Positions 1 through 15,816 of a stretch of 64,000 nt of DNA are shown here, in pieces. The stretch comes from Eledone cirrhosa. Lineage: Eukaryota. The translations under genes were made by a program, and so were the position numbers. Location of the stretch: contig OZ024745.1 in assembly GCA_964016885.1 (NCBI GenBank), forward strand, positions 124,496,001 through 124,560,000. The letters run 5' to 3'. Every line of letters begins with the position of its first letter. The stretch's first letter is position 1. Under the pieces are notes generated by a model. That model did not search any database. It had not been told where the DNA came from and was given only the letters and a program-made list of their open reading frames with translations.

Positions 1-149
1 TGTTGAGTTCAATCTATGTCTGCAACAGCTGAATAAATTGGTTCGTAAATTAAGGGAATTTTTAGATTTTAATATATATATATTTTTCACCTCCTCAATG
101 TATTTCTCTCTCTCCTTGTCTCTCTATCTCGCTCCGTTGTTTTTCTTTA

Positions 150-479
<330 letters not shown>

Positions 480-523
480 AAGAAAAACAATATATATATA
501 TATACAAGTGTATATATATATAT

Positions 524-743
524 AGTGAAGGCGTGTGGCTGAGTGGTTAGAGAATTGTATTCGCAATCGTAAGGTTGTGAGTTCGATTCCTGGACCAGGC
601 GATGCGTTATGTCCTTGAGCAAGACACTTTATTTCACGTTGCTCCTTCTACCTGGAGTTGCGACCGATAGATAGTATTAGCAATTGGAAAGACAAACGGA
701 AACATTGTTCCCTCGGTCCGATTTGACAACAAAGTCGATCGTT

Positions 744-747
<4 letters not shown>
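524..747 (+). mobile_element. tRNA-derived SINE with CORE-like central domain
   Basis: A box TGGCTGAGTGG, B box GTTCGATTCC, central TGTCCTTGAGCAAGACACTT; near-identical copy at 17951-18170. Confidence 0.85.
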
Positions 748-785
<38 letters not shown>

Positions 786-820
786 ATATATAAATATATG
801 TATATATATATAAATATATA

Positions 821-1059
821 TAACGAAGGAATTGTGGAAGGAACCAGATGGACCATAACGCACCAGAGTACTCAATACTTAGGGTAGTAGAGTGGGTAAT
901 GGGAAAAAGTATGACCCCGATGGCAGAGCTCAAGCCGTTTCGACGGCTATTTCTGGACTAAATTAGAATTATTTCACCAGGCGAAAAATTCTAATTTAGT
1001 CCAGAAATAGCCGTCGAAACGGCTTGAGCTCTGCCGTCGGGGTCATACTTTTTCCTATA
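821..1059 (-). mobile_element. Fold-back insertion, family A (PLE pLTR-like), in (TA)n
   Basis: Inverted arms 902-970/987-1055 and an ~80 nt tail at 821-901; contains GAAACGGC..GCCGTC (HHR 3' half); family recurs at 27821, 33821, 53942. Confidence 0.8.
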
Positions 1060-1536
1060 AATATATATATATTTAAAAAGACCGAAAAGAATGACTTCAC
1101 TTGTAGTTCTAAAAAAATTAATTAAATTATAATATTATGATTTGGTAGATCAAGTAAGTTCTTTGTTACTTTCGGTGGGAAGATTTTTAAAGAATCCTGG
1201 TTAAGTTTCCTGGAGAAAGGTTATTTATTGAAATAGAACCAGCAGGAGGGCACTTTTACAACGCCTTTCTAAAATAGTCCTTCACCACTGCTAATCAATT
1301 ATCTTTCAGTATTATTAAGTTACCATTCATTATTTTCTGTATACATACTGTATATATGCTTTAATTTCTTTAAATCTTCATCAGCACTCCTTCACTCCCA
1401 CACTCATTAACCCCCTCCCCTCTTGCCCCAGACACACGCAGATCTCTCTTATATATAGAGTCACACATCACAACACAACCTAATCTCAGTTTGACAATCA
1501 CCACCGACGAATGCGAGAAAATTCTCCAGGAAAGTT

Positions 1537-2214
1537 GCATGGGTTAGACAGGTTGTCCTATTGTGGGCAGTGTCCAGTCGGTTGACCTTGTCTTGCTCAT
1601 ACAGGAACTGAGTCTGGCTTGATTTCTACAGCTGGATGCCTTTCCTAACACAAACCTCATTTACAGTGAGTACTGGGTGCTTTTTTTCCGTGACGCCTAC
1701 ACGTCCACTATACAGTGTGGGCTGGGTGTTTTGCCGTGGCACCTCCACGACCACTTTTCATTGAGAGTGGGGGGGGGGGGGGGATATTGTATATATGCTT
1801 CAGCTTTGGCTTGATCCCGTGGGAAGTCGGGTCTTCTGAATTACTGCGTGACGCCAGAGGTAACGGTCGTGTGTCATCACTCTTGTGAGGTGTATTCAGG
1901 TAAAGTCCGCTTTTATCACCTCATCCCAGGTCTTCTTGGATCTCCCCACTCCACGGCTTCCATCGACTTCTAGTGCTCTGCACCTTTTTATGCAGCTGAC
2001 ATCCTTCATACGCATCACATGTCCATACCAACGTAACCTCCTCTCCTGCGCACAGCATTTGATTCCGCTTATGCTCAGTCTCTCTCTCAGTTCGTTTATG
2101 CTTTGCCGTTCGCGTATATTATTACTATTACACATCCATCGGAGCATGCAAGCTTCGTTTCTTTCTAATCTGCGCAAGTCTTCTACAGACAACGCCCAGG
2201 TCTCACTACCATGC

Positions 2215-2215
<1 letters not shown>
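1537..2215 (-). mobile_element. RTE-clade LINE 3' fragment (ORF C-terminus and 3' UTR)
   Basis: LHGSETW..DLRRLERNEACMLRWMC..ERRLRWYGHVMRM..GRSKKTWDEVIKAD motifs in ORF 1896..2255. Confidence 0.9.
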
Positions 2216-2297
<82 letters not shown>

Positions 2298-5265
2298 TTC
2301 TTGGTTTGTCCAGTTATTAATGCTGATTTTACGTTTTTATATGTTCTAAACAACCTTAAGATTAAAACCTTAAGCAGGGTGTGTGAAATTATATATAATT
2401 CTTTCGCATATGTTATGTTCGTTTTATATAATGCATTCTGATTATAAATTACATTTTCATCATTGTACTGATCTTTGATGTTAAGATGTGAAAACAGGAT
2501 TTTTCTTAAAATTCTATGAGTTTAAATTCAGCTGTAGTGCAGCACTCATAGTTAGAAACATCAATGGGAGTTTTGGGCCAACAAATTGTTAATGAATGCA
2601 CACTACAACCTTGTTCCAAATATTTCCTTGATGTGATTTCAGTCTTGAAGATGAGAAAAGTTGCGGTCGTTTTTTGTACCTTTAACGACAGTGAATTAAA
2701 GAAGTTGGTGAAGGAAAAATACTCGTGCAACTATTCGAAAGTTTCCATGAGAACTAGATGTAAACACTGGAACAATTTATAAACATTTGAACCGACTTGG
2801 AACATTAGAGAATCATGAAAAATGGGTGCCACATGAATTCAACGAAAACCAGAAAAATCGTCATTATAAAATCTGCGTTTCGTTTCATTTGTGCAGACAA
2901 ACTATAAGTCATTTTCGCTCTTATAATGGAATTAAGAAACAATATTAATTATCTCATTTAATTATCTCAATATTAATTATCTCAATAAATTAAGACAACC
3001 AATATTGGAAGAAATATTTTGGAAGAAGAAACATACTCAATAGAGACCATAAGATTTGACTTCTGCTAAATATGTTTAAATGCTTCTCTGGTTTAATGTT
3101 TATCTTTTCATTGAGATGTTTACAAATAATTTTCTTCTGTTTGATGTATGTATATATATATATACAATTTATCGTCATCACGTTTGCTCAAATGCAACAC
3201 GATAAATCTGAAATGGAGCGATCAACATTCATTGTCACGTGGAAAGAATTCGGTGTCTCAGAGTGGCAAATATTCGATTTCTAAAAGGTTTTGTATAGCT
3301 TAGACGTTTAGATATCTAACAGAGAATATCAACCACAAATACCCATGTAAATTTCATTTATTTGGACCCTCGACGATTTTTGCCATATATGTAACTGAAT
3401 GCATAAAGCATATTTACAATAATTTCATGGGGTCCATAAGCAGATATCATCCTTTTGGAGTTGTGTTTTTTTGTGGAACCTATGGGAGGGACTGCTACTG
3501 CTACAGAAGTTTAGCAGCGACTGCCATTACGTGATTCCTTTCTAGTAATTCTACAAATGAATTCTTTACAGAATTCCGTGGCTTAGAAAATCTAAAAATA
3601 TCTTCGAACATCGGCAAGACTAACGCAGAGGAATGAAAAGATTAGAATGCTTCAGCAGGCTTTGTGCAAATATGGAATTTTGAGAACTCCATATTTCGTA
3701 ATGCTTAAGAAGTATCACTGCTAATATTAACATTTGATGAAATCTATAAAGTGAGGTAACATGATAACGAAAATAAGTAACAGCCATAACAAATTTCACA
3801 TTAAGTTTTACAGCTACACGACCGATATTAGAGGATTGGACGTAAAGGCATATGGCTTACCATGATAAATTCTATGTGTTACATCGTATCACCCAGGTCG
3901 GATCTAATGTGGATAAGGGGATATATATACTGAAAATAGAAAATAACAGTAAACAAAAAAACAACAACCCCGATAAGGAAACCGGAGGATAAATAAACTG
4001 GTGTACTACAACAGAAACATCTACAGAATACTGCCAATTAATTATAACCAACCAAGTTCACATTATGTACAAATGAGCAATAACAGCCGATGTTTTCTAT
4101 TTGCTATATGCAAATGAGAATACCCAGAACATTTTCATCACGCAAATTTCCATATAAACACTTGTCTATTTCAAAGTCAGTATCTGTTGATTGTGTATCA
4201 CTGATGAAAAATTAAAAAAATCTTGAAATAGTGCTATCTGGTATTCTATACCGTGCTGACAACTCTGTAACATGTTTACGGAGAAAAATAGAGAATAATA
4301 TTTGTGTTACAAAAATATTTGTCCTTGATAGCGAGGCTACCCATATGTTTAATATATATAAACATAGAGTGTATTTTTACATATAAAACCTATAAATGAT
4401 TGTTTGAAATAGCCTTATCATTACATGCTAAGATAGTTGGGCTTCGACAAGTAACACCAAATCCCACGAAAACAGCTAATATAGGTGATTCTATTGCTAA
4501 GGATGATCAAAATATTCCCTGCCATGAGGAAAGACATCATTCTATTCATCTTAATTGTCAAAGGTCAGCGACCACTGGTTCACTGCATTCTTCTATTTAA
4601 GTTGAAGTTGCATCATTACCACTGTTTCCTCCACGTGTGAGATCTCGAAATGGAATAGTATAGATTAGTACTTGACAGTGTCACATGTACGCCGTCACAT
4701 CTTAATAAATGCTGCAATAAATTCCCTGTAGAGCCTGTGGCGAATAATAGCGAGCACGGTAAAATAGTTTGAGGGCAATGTTGAGAATGTAGTCATGAGT
4801 AGTTGTGTTGTGTGGCTGGATTGTCCGGAAATATTTTTGTACTCTGCTACTGAAATTAATGTTGATAAAGCAAATAGGGCCTACGAGCGTTATTGTTGTT
4901 TTGTCGTATGAGATTGAAGAGGAAATGTATAGAAAGGCATCATTTTACCAATGGAAATACCCTTGAAAAAACTACCTTGCTCGAGGAGTGACAGGTAGAG
5001 TGATGATAGAAACTTAAGGAATATACTTGACACACACATAAGTAGACAGACAAACACACTCACACACACACACACATACACATACACATAAATAAATAGA
5101 TAAATGAATAAATATATATATATATATATGTAATCTGAGTTTTTCGAATATTAATAATAACATTCGATTCGTTTGCAATTATACAAACAAGCCTTATATA
5201 TATATATATTTTGGCAAAACTGGAATTAAACCATTTGCACAGTTGAGGTATGTCAGACATCAATT

Positions 5266-5331
5266 TATTTTATCTGATGAGGACGTACTGATGAAACAGC
5301 TCAGTACCTCTGAAATATATATAATAAAATA
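5266..5331 (+). ncRNA. Type I minimal hammerhead ribozyme motif
   Basis: Stem I TATTTTAT/ATAAAATA, core CTGATGA at 5274, stem II GTACTGA/TCAGTAC, GAAA at 5312, palindromic TA stem III. Confidence 0.75.
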
Positions 5332-5373
5332 TATTTGATCTCATGAATGTCTATATTTATTAATATTTTGAAG

Positions 5374-5437
<64 letters not shown>

Positions 5438-5441
<4 letters not shown>

Positions 5442-5677
5442 ATAATAATAAATTTGAAGACTAAAATCCAAAGAGGGCTCGATAAGGATAAATATATATA
5501 TCAAATATATAAGAACCGTAGAGCAAATATTTATTAAAATAACAGATTAAAGTTTAAGCAAAGAATCGCAGCTTTCACCCTTAACGGGATCTTCTGAAAC
5601 TCAGAAAGTTTCAGAACATCCCGTTAAGGGTGAAAGCAGCGATTCTTTGCTTAAACTTTAATCTGTTATTTTAATAA

Positions 5678-5679
<2 letters not shown>
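5438..5679 (-). mobile_element. Fold-back insertion, family B, with variant HHR, in (TA)n
   Basis: Inverted arms ~5530-5601/5608-5679 and a ~90 nt tail; same family at 18180-18800, 40993-41165, 41882-41942. Confidence 0.8.
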
Positions 5680-5747
<68 letters not shown>

Positions 5748-6097
5748 TATGAAGCAACGCAGTAAAGGACTCGCGTACAGGTGTAATAGTTATTGTGGTA
5801 CTCTTTTAAATTTATTAATCTGTTTGATTGTAATGTTTTTCTCGTACCTTACACAGTTTATATATATTTCACTCTGGTGGTAAAAATATCCTGTAATGAA
5901 AAAGCATGTTCTTTTCATGTATTCTCTCCTATATACATATATATAAAATTAGAATTGTATTTGTGCCCCGCCCTAGCACAGCTGATACATAAATGTAAGT
6001 ATGCACACGTACACACACACATATATATATATTTACATACACACACATGAAACGGCAAGAGCTCAGCCGTCGGGGTTCCGAAACTTTATATATGTGT

Positions 6098-6364
6098 GTG
6101 TCTGATGGTAGCTAAAATGCTTTCATAGGCGGTATGCCGGTTGAGCACTCTATGCTCTTTCAGAGCAGAGTATGATATAATAGAAAACGTAAAATCAGTG
6201 ATGCACTGAACTCAATTTATTGTGTGTTATAATTGTTTCGCCGGCGAACAGCTCCAATCAGACAGATCCACACAATGATTACGTATCGAACTGTCCGCCG
6301 GCGAAACGATTGTAACACAATAAATTGAGTTCAGATGCATCACTGATTTTTCGTTTTCTATTAT
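6098..6364 (-). mobile_element. Fold-back insertion, family C
   Basis: Inverted arms ~6176-6247/6295-6364 with GAAACGATTGTA (HHR 3' half); related sequence at 61681-61750. Confidence 0.7.
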
Positions 6365-6543
6365 ATATATATATATATATTTACAAAATAGGTGTGACAC
6401 ACGAGTTGTGATATATTAGTAAAAAGGAAAAGAAAATGGTGACAAATTTTTCCCAGTGAAAATATTTTAATTAGGAATAAGTATAAATTAGTAGTACACA
6501 CATATCCTTACTGACCTTTATCACAACAATGAACCACTTTACT

Positions 6544-6606
6544 ACACACACACACACACACACAGACACACACACACACACACACATACACACAAACACA
6601 TACACG

Positions 6607-6662
<56 letters not shown>

Positions 6663-6715
6663 CACGTGCACACACACACACACACACATACACACACACA
6701 CATACACGCACGCGC

Positions 6716-6768
<53 letters not shown>
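6544..6768. repeat. Imperfect (CA)n microsatellite
   Basis: Direct reading. Confidence 0.95.
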
Positions 6769-6772
<4 letters not shown>

Positions 6773-7225
6773 TCTTAATAGACATATTTTTCAGTGACTT
6801 CTCAACTTGACTGCAACTCAATCAAGCGGAAAAGGACACTCTTCAACAAACCTACATTTGGCGCGAAACCAGTTCGCGCTAAAATCAATATTAACACTCA
6901 CTTGACATCTACCGACCAATCAAAATTGTTTTGACTACAAGAATTTTTGCAACACGATTAGTGTTCATTCACGTGACATTCAACAACCAAATAAATCTTA
7001 ATACCTCTGGAGCCACTTTTTTCACATAAAAGAGGAAGAACTTCCAAAACTGATCAGATTAGAGCAAAAATCACGAGCGCCCTATCTCAAAATTATTTTT
7101 GAAAAGCATTAGAAATGCACAACCGGTAAAAAGTTAAAACTAAAACTGAATACAAACTAAAACTTATTCCTAATTAAACTATTTTTCACTGGGAAAAATT
7201 TGTCAGCATTTTCTTTTCCTTTTTA

Positions 7226-7267
<42 letters not shown>

Positions 7268-7603
7268 TCAATTATTATTATTAGAAAGTGAGGTTTTTTT
7301 TACAAAATGAAAAATAACCGAGGTGTCCTACACGAGTGAATAAAGAAAGAAAAGATAAAATCGAAAATGAAGTCGAAAATGCAACTGGAGTCTTATTTTT
7401 AAAAGAATATATATATTTATTTGGTTCCTTTACCGGTTCGCAGTTCTTCTGCTTTTCAAAAATAGAGTTGAGATGGAGGGTCTGTGGTTTTTCTCACGTC
7501 TCTGGATTTTCTCACATATATATATATAAATGTAAGTATGCGCGCACACACAGAGAGAGACACACACACACACAAACACACAAACACACACACACACACA
7601 CAA

Positions 7604-7640
<37 letters not shown>

Positions 7641-7645
<5 letters not shown>

Positions 7646-8115
7646 GCATATACATATGTATGTATGGTTATATGGAGCACTAATAATTGTGTCTACTTTT
7701 GGCACAAGGCCAGCAATTACCAGTACATTACTGGTACTTTATTTTATCGACCCCCGTAAGGATGAAAGGCAAAGTGAACCTCGGCGGGATTTGAACTCAG
7801 ACCGTAAAGGGACGTAACTATGCTGGAAAGCATGGCGTCCAACCCTCTACCGATACTGCCAATCCACGTTCAATTCGTTTGTAAATAAACGGACCGATCT
7901 GAAGCTGTGCCGTGCCGGTGACTGATTCTCACCAGTTTGTTCAACACTGGCTTTGACCCAGAAACATGTTGATTGTTCCTCATAGCCAGTGTTGAACAAA
8001 CAGGTGACAATCAGTCACCGGCACGGCACAGCTTCAGATCGGTCCGTTTGTTTACAAACAATTGAACATTATTATTAGTGCTCCATATAACCTCTACATA
8101 CATATGTATATGCGT
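7641..8115. mobile_element. Fold-back element whose left arm is interrupted by a SINE
   Basis: Arms 7643-7687 plus 7868-7952 versus 7984-8115 are reverse complements; shares CAGTGTTGAACAAA..GTTTGTTTACAAACA with the 8505 and 42096 family. Confidence 0.75.
7685..7867 (-). mobile_element. Meta-domain-like tRNA SINE
   Basis: B box GTTCAAATCC, GCCTTTCATCCTTACGGGGTCGATAAAATAAAGTACCAG domain, GGCCTTGTGCCAAAAGTAG tail. Confidence 0.9.
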
Positions 8116-8275
8116 TTCCTCTCTTTACGTTGCCTCACCATTCGTGTTTATTTACCGGTCTCTCTTTCTCCACCCAACTCTTTTTATCCCAATAACTTAT
8201 TTTAGTTATTGCATCTTCCTAGCCTGAGGTATATGGTCTGTAATGCGAATAAATACCTATGATGGCTAGTATATT

Positions 8276-8311
<36 letters not shown>

Positions 8312-8381
8312 CATACTTACATATATATATATATAAATGTAAGTATGCACACACACACACACACGCACGCACACACACACG

Positions 8382-8496
<115 letters not shown>

Positions 8497-8504
8497 ATAT
8501 TTAG

Positions 8505-8757
8505 GTGTTGAACAAAAAGAGCGACGATGGTTGCCGAGCACTGTACGGCATAATTCGGGCTGTTTGTTTACAAACAAACCGAGCATTATAATAAATGTTC
8601 GGTAAACCCATACGTACATATATATATGTGTGCATGTATGTATAAATATACTACTGTACGTCTGTATACATATATGTATGTACGTATACATACTTATATT
8701 TAGGTATCAGCCGTACTAAGAGTGAGAAAAGAAATTTCGTTTCATTCTTTTCCATTT
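8505..8757 (+). mobile_element. Partial copy of the 42096-43020 HHR-bearing repeat family
   Basis: Matches 42836-43020 directly and 42096-42346 as reverse complement. Confidence 0.75.
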
Positions 8758-8767
8758 ATATATATAT

Positions 8768-9030
<263 letters not shown>

Positions 9031-9333
9031 ATATATATATACATGCAGACACTCACAATACACTCATATACAGGGAGGCTGCGTGACTTTGTGTTCATAC
9101 GTTCTTTAAAGATTCTGATTTATTTTAAAGTTCAGGGAATTTTGAAACTTATTATGTGTAATTTGTAAATAAGTTTTTCAACGCTATCTTCACATTTCAA
9201 GTATACTTCAATGTCCAATTTATCGGTATGTTTTTGAATTAAGAAGCGGAAAAAAATAGACATATTTTTATATATATTTCTCAAACCACAAAATGACTGA
9301 TGCATTTAAAAAATGCAGACAGCATTATTTCAT

Positions 9334-9508
9334 ATCGGTAGAGAGTCGGACGCCATGCTTTGACGCATAGAGTTACGGCCCTTGCCATTCTGAGTTCATA
9401 TCCCGCCGAGGTTAACTTTGCCTTTCATCCTTACGGGGTCGATAAAATAAAGTACCAGTAATACACTGGTTAATTAATGATCTTGTGCCAAAATGTAGAA
9501 ACAATTAT
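9334..9508 (+). mobile_element. Meta-domain-like tRNA SINE
   Basis: Same family motifs. Confidence 0.9.
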
Positions 9509-10445
9509 TTCCTATTTCTTTACAATAAAATGTAAGTCATTAAGTTGGAAAATTTAATAGAAATAGAAGAATTGGACATTTTTGAGAATATGTGTAGAAA
9601 ATAGTTGAATACATCTGTAAGTTTGTCTGTTGGGGAAACTTTATGCTTCTGCATAGGTAAATTTGCAGCTATGCTAATATAATTCATCTTCGTTTTTGTT
9701 GTTAATTGTTTCTGTTGGTGCAGTTTAGATGAAAGGGAAATGAGATCATAGTTAGGATGGATTTGTTTTATGTGTTTTCTCGCTTTGTGAGATTTATAGT
9801 GGTTTGATGAGATCGTGTGCTTGTTATCGTTTATATATGAGCATCATACTACTGTAGTGGAGTTATTGTTAATAATTGTGTTGTTTTGGTCTCGGGTGGA
9901 TACAAATGTTTAATACTTCTCTGATATTTCTTCGGTTTATTCGCCTCCTTCTATCTTGCTTTGATATTCAAATGCTGTTATATTTTTTGTTGGGTGTGCT
10001 GTTGGAACTTTACTTGCAACATTGTTTCTAGCTTTCATTTGATTAGGTTCTATAATTGTTTGATATTATCATTTGGGACGTGTTTCTTAGATGTGTTTAT
10101 AATTGATTTATTTACACTATGTGTACACTGCTATCTAAATTATTTCTTTGCTGATAAAATGTGGCTTTTGTTGCTTTTGTGTTTTCTTGCTGTTGGTAGA
10201 TGTGTTCATATTTATTTTTTATATACATGCCGATTGCATATTCTTTGGTCATTAATGGAATTAGTAGTGTTGGAGTTCCGTTATTGTATCAGCAAATATT
10301 TCTAGTACTATAGAATTATTTCATCACACACATTAAACGTTGCTCAACCTTTTTAAATAACTTCTTCTTAGATTAATTTATGACTTTCTTTCATTAATGT
10401 TATTAATATCATCTCTCATTACTCATCGTTTGAAGAGAATACATC

Positions 10446-10506
<61 letters not shown>

Positions 10507-11199
10507 GTGTGTATGTGTGTGTATATATATATGTAAACGTTGGCGTATATGCCTGAACAGCAGAAATATTCGCCTTCATAGATTCAGGCAAAATGACGGA
10601 GAAAAGAAAGAGAAAATCAGAGAAAAATATATCGAACAGAGAAAGCAAAAAGTTTCGCAAATTAAACTTAGAATCTTTCTTAAACTTAGGTTACCATGTT
10701 TCAAGACGCACAAGAAGGCAATCTCTCACCAGCATAGTCGATCCACTGCAGTTCTCGTTACACCTGTGCAAGTGATTCTTGTGTATTTGAGATCCATCTG
10801 GAATATTTGACACTAGGTGTTCTTAAGAGTGCTTCCTTTTCTTTTCCCCTTTGTCGGTGTCGATTACATTGCTGTCTTTGTATGCTGTATAGCTGGCAGG
10901 CGCAAAATATGACCCTTTAAACAAAATTGACGATGAGTCATGTGGTTTTGGAACAGCTAAAAACAAAACAAACAGTTTTCATTTGTAACTTTGTCCTTCC
11001 TTAAGCGACGTTAGTGGAAAGTGTCCAGCTTCTTAGACGCCATTACCTTCATCATCCATGTTTCACTGCTACACAGAACTGTTGGCAAATATTTTGCATT
11101 TTACAGTTGGATATTCAGTGTTGCGCTGTTGCTTGATGCTCCAGATTTAGTCCATACGCTGGATTATAGATCATGCTTTGCTTTTGTTACTATTCACAT

Positions 11200-11370
11200 C
11201 AGATTCGACGCTTTCGCCACACACCACAAGTCAGAGAAATTGTACAAATCTTTCACATGCATTACATGACCATACGGCTGCAATCTTGTCTCCTGCACAC
11301 CGGAACTGATCCCTCTTATGCTCAGTTTCTCTCTCAGTTCATTTACACTGTTCCGTTCATTATATTACTT
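11200..11370 (-). mobile_element. Decayed RTE LINE fragment
   Basis: Similar to 2020-2130 (CTCCTGCACA..CTTATGCTCAGTTTCTCTCTCAGTTCATTTA). Confidence 0.6.
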
Positions 11371-11768
11371 TATCTACCCTCTAAAATTCTTAGCTTTGCG
11401 CCTAAATTAGAAACCATTATTTACATGACATTTAACCAATGTCCAGATCTTTCGAGCCCTTTGTCGTGTATTCGTTGTAATAAACTGAAAGTAATATGTT
11501 TAACAGAATGACGTTGATGTGAGGATTATATGAGGCAGTGAAATACAAAGATAAAACTTCCAACTGAAGGCCGTAATAAATAAAAGTGAACTGATGGAAA
11601 CAGTAAAGAAGAGAAAGTTACTAGGATAAGGTAATAACTAGTATACATGTCCAATTAGAAGATGTATGGTATTATTCCTGCAGTGAGGCGTTATAATATT
11701 TATCACAGGATCAGTTTAAATCTAACTATTTGTTTATAGAGACAAAACTCATAAGTTTGCTCGACTCA

Positions 11769-11938
11769 CCGTATTTCCCGGCGCCGAACACGCTTCGTCC
11801 TCGAGGACGCACCCTAATCTTGACAACCAAAAAAATTGAAAATAAAAAAATAAACAACCTTTGGCCTCCAGGACGCATGGTAGACTTTTGAGACTTATTT
11901 TAGGAAAAGAGTAGCCTCTTCGACGCCGGGAAATACGG
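11769..11938. mobile_element. 170-bp MITE, Tc1/mariner superfamily (pogo/Tc2-type CCGTA termini)
   Basis: ~25 bp TIRs CCGTATTTCCCGGCG(C/T)CGAA; flanks CA and TA (TA target duplication, left copy mutated). Confidence 0.8.
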
Positions 11939-14028
11939 TATTTTGGTTGATTGGCAAATTGACTCTACACATAGTTGAATAGATACAAGTTGGAAACAAA
12001 TGATTGCAACCAATAACCCACAAACAATGAATAAATGTATGTAAATAAACTAAACGACTGTAAACATATTTGTAAGCATAGAAATATTATTATTGCATGA
12101 TATCATTTGAAACATAGAATCTTTAAAATGATGGTTCAATACTAAAGCGGAATATTTCTAAAGTAAAAAAAGTAATATATTAGGATTCATATCTGTTATA
12201 AATTTATACATAAGATATAATAACATTTCTGTCATTACGAAACCTAAGCTGATCCTTGGATCAGCTGCAGGTATGTTTGATTTGAAGTAAACAAAGTTTA
12301 GTACAATACTTCAAACGATATGATGAATACAGAACAAAAAGTCTTACAAAAGTTATGTTATTATATGAATATATTGAGAACGTGGCTTTTATTGTTATAT
12401 CTAGCACAACACCTTGAACTATACGAAGAAGTTGGCATTCTAATAATCATGTTTGAATATAACTGTTCTGGCCAGGACAATAACCTGCCAATAGTCCCAT
12501 TAAAGTTGTCTGTAAGGTTGTTTAATTCTAAAATATAAATATATTATGTCACAATAGAAAATATCCATAGAAGCATATTTGCTGGAAGTATGCGCAGTCA
12601 TCATTGACAGAAAGCAATTGTGCTTCTTGTATACATTTCCTAACTCTTATCGTAGATGAAAAGCTAAGGAATTTTCACGGGAATTCACAAGACTCTAAAA
12701 GCTTTAAAGCGTAGATGCTGTTTTCATATATTCCTGTCAATTGAGAAGTTTGTTTAGTTGAGAGAACAGTAGCTAAAAAGAAATCAAAGAAGTACGCAGG
12801 GAACATTATAGAATGCTAGTACTTTCTGAATACATTACTAACATCTAATGTGCTGTGTATTCTCTTTTAAACAGTTACCATTAGGTATAATTATAAAATA
12901 ACAAAAAGATGAAAAATGCATTGGACGCTGTAGAAATATATTATGAATATCATTTCAATGTCACGGTAAAATCAGGGAATCACAAAAACGATGATACTAT
13001 TTAAACAACGGTATGATAAGTATAAAAATGCCACGCAAAGAATGGTATAAGATTATTATATAATTTGTGAGATCGTGGCATAGAGACCAAATTGAGTAGC
13101 GAGAGGCATGAGAGTATTTTCAAAATCTTGTTTCAATGTCGTGTGTACTGTGCTAACCTTACTGTTGCTTACAAGAGAACTGATGATGTTACGTCTGAAA
13201 TAAATAGAATAAAAGTTTTCTGTTGGGGTAATTCAGAAACCAGTGAATCACCCTTAAGACGAAAGACTAGACATTGTCAATTAACATAACTGCACATTAG
13301 TAACATAACTTAAGATGTTTTATTACATCAAAACTACAATAATTGAGGAAAAAAAAGAAAGATTGATCTTCCAGAAATAATAATACATGTTTCAGATATG
13401 TTTCTGTTGCAACAGTTACTTTAACATTGATCATTTTGCTTGAAAGAAAGGAACACTGCCTTAATGTATTTATATCAGCTATAGGGTGAAAATTTGATTA
13501 GGTGTGAGGTATACATACGAGATTAGACATATAATATTCTATCACATTACATTTAGAAGATAAGAAAGGAAGCATAACACTCATTAGCTTGTTACGGTGT
13601 ATTGTTCTGTTGATGTGAAATTATTGGGAGTCAGTGAATTTGTTAAATAAATAAATATATATGTATTATCATTATTGTATCTGCTGATGGCTTTAGTGAT
13701 ACTTCTATTATCCCTTCGTCATACCACTCAACAACATCATAATCATCATCATCGTTAAACAATTTACATTATTATAATTTATTTCTTTAACCTACATTTT
13801 CTACAATTGTTTATAAGTTTTTTTTATTTCTTTTCGAAGTGATTATTTTATAAGAATACTGCACACAATTTACCAACATTTCATGAACACAAGCAAGTCA
13901 CGTTTTATTCATTAATTCCCAGAAGGCTTTCATTTTCATTCTTGCTTTACAAGACACAAATAATGATAGTAAATAAATAAATAAATAAATAAATAACTAA
14001 ATAAAATATTCTATATGAAAACACTCAC

Positions 14029-14049
14029 CTGTTTTGTTTATTATAGAGA
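14029..14049 (-). other. Candidate 21-nt microexon of an unidentified minus-strand host gene
   Basis: Minus strand reads ttttcctttttccctttttctccttttacccacTAG | TCTCTATAATAAACAAAACAG | GTGAGT; length divisible by 3; open in phases 1 and 2. Confidence 0.45.
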
Positions 14050-14761
14050 CTAGTGGGTAAAAGGAGAAAAAGGGAAAAAGGAAAATGCGAAATGGTAATA
14101 TATTTCCTCAATACTGAGCTTTGTTTTCTTCTGTAACCATTAGATAACATATTCTAAAGTAACTAAAGGCAGAACAAAAAAAAATTTGAACTCTACTGCG
14201 AATATTATGGAAATGTCACGGTTATTATGAAGAAACAGTTAGTATGAAAAATAAATGATATTAATAATAAACCTACCACAAAAAAATGAAATATTTATAG
14301 ATGTAAAATAATATACTATACCACGCCACCAGACCCCCAGCGTATATCCACGAATGTCGTCTTTGAGCATAACTAAAATGATGTTCTATCATAGAAAAAA
14401 AATATAGTTCTGTTTTCTCTTTGAAATAAAGTGAAGAAAAAGAAATCTACACAGTTAACCATATTTATATATTTAGCGCAGTAGCAGCAGCTAAATCAAC
14501 ATCAATAAAAACAACAACAAAATGATGCTAAGAATAAAATGGCAGCAGATAGAAAAAAAAAAAAAAAAAAAACCCAGTAAAATTGATAAAGTAAATATAC
14601 AAGAATAAAGACAATAAAACAAGTTAAAGTTTCATTGAATTCTTATTTACATGTTTGGCAATGTGTTGAACTAAATTTAATCATCATGAATTTAGATTAT
14701 ATTTTGGGGGCATGTGGTGCATTGATGACCACATGTTCAGGAATTTTAAACAGGTATTGAA

Positions 14762-15559
<798 letters not shown>

Positions 15560-15816
15560 TGAAGTTTGCTTGAAGCATTGTGGAACAATAAGTAAATATT
15601 TATAAGTCGTTTGGAAGCCTCGACAATGCAAATGGGTAAAACTCCGGGTAACAGGGTCCGGTGTAGGAGAGAGAGAGAGATATGTAAGTGGGTGTACGTT
15701 GAGATGCGTGGTGTGTATAAGATGTGTGAGATGTGTAGAATGAAGGGAAGAGTGAAAGGGTAAACATAATAATAACAACACAAGAGAGAGAGAGTTACCT
15801 TGGGAGAGATTTAATA

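Noticed and set aside
524-600. tRNA-like sequence with A and B boxes
   Set aside because: No acceptor stem; it is the head of a repeated SINE
2500-3900. Possible decayed transposase (CIKHIYNNF and LTFDEIY strings)
   Set aside because: Motif order inconsistent with P-element/THAP9 and many stops; needs an HMM search
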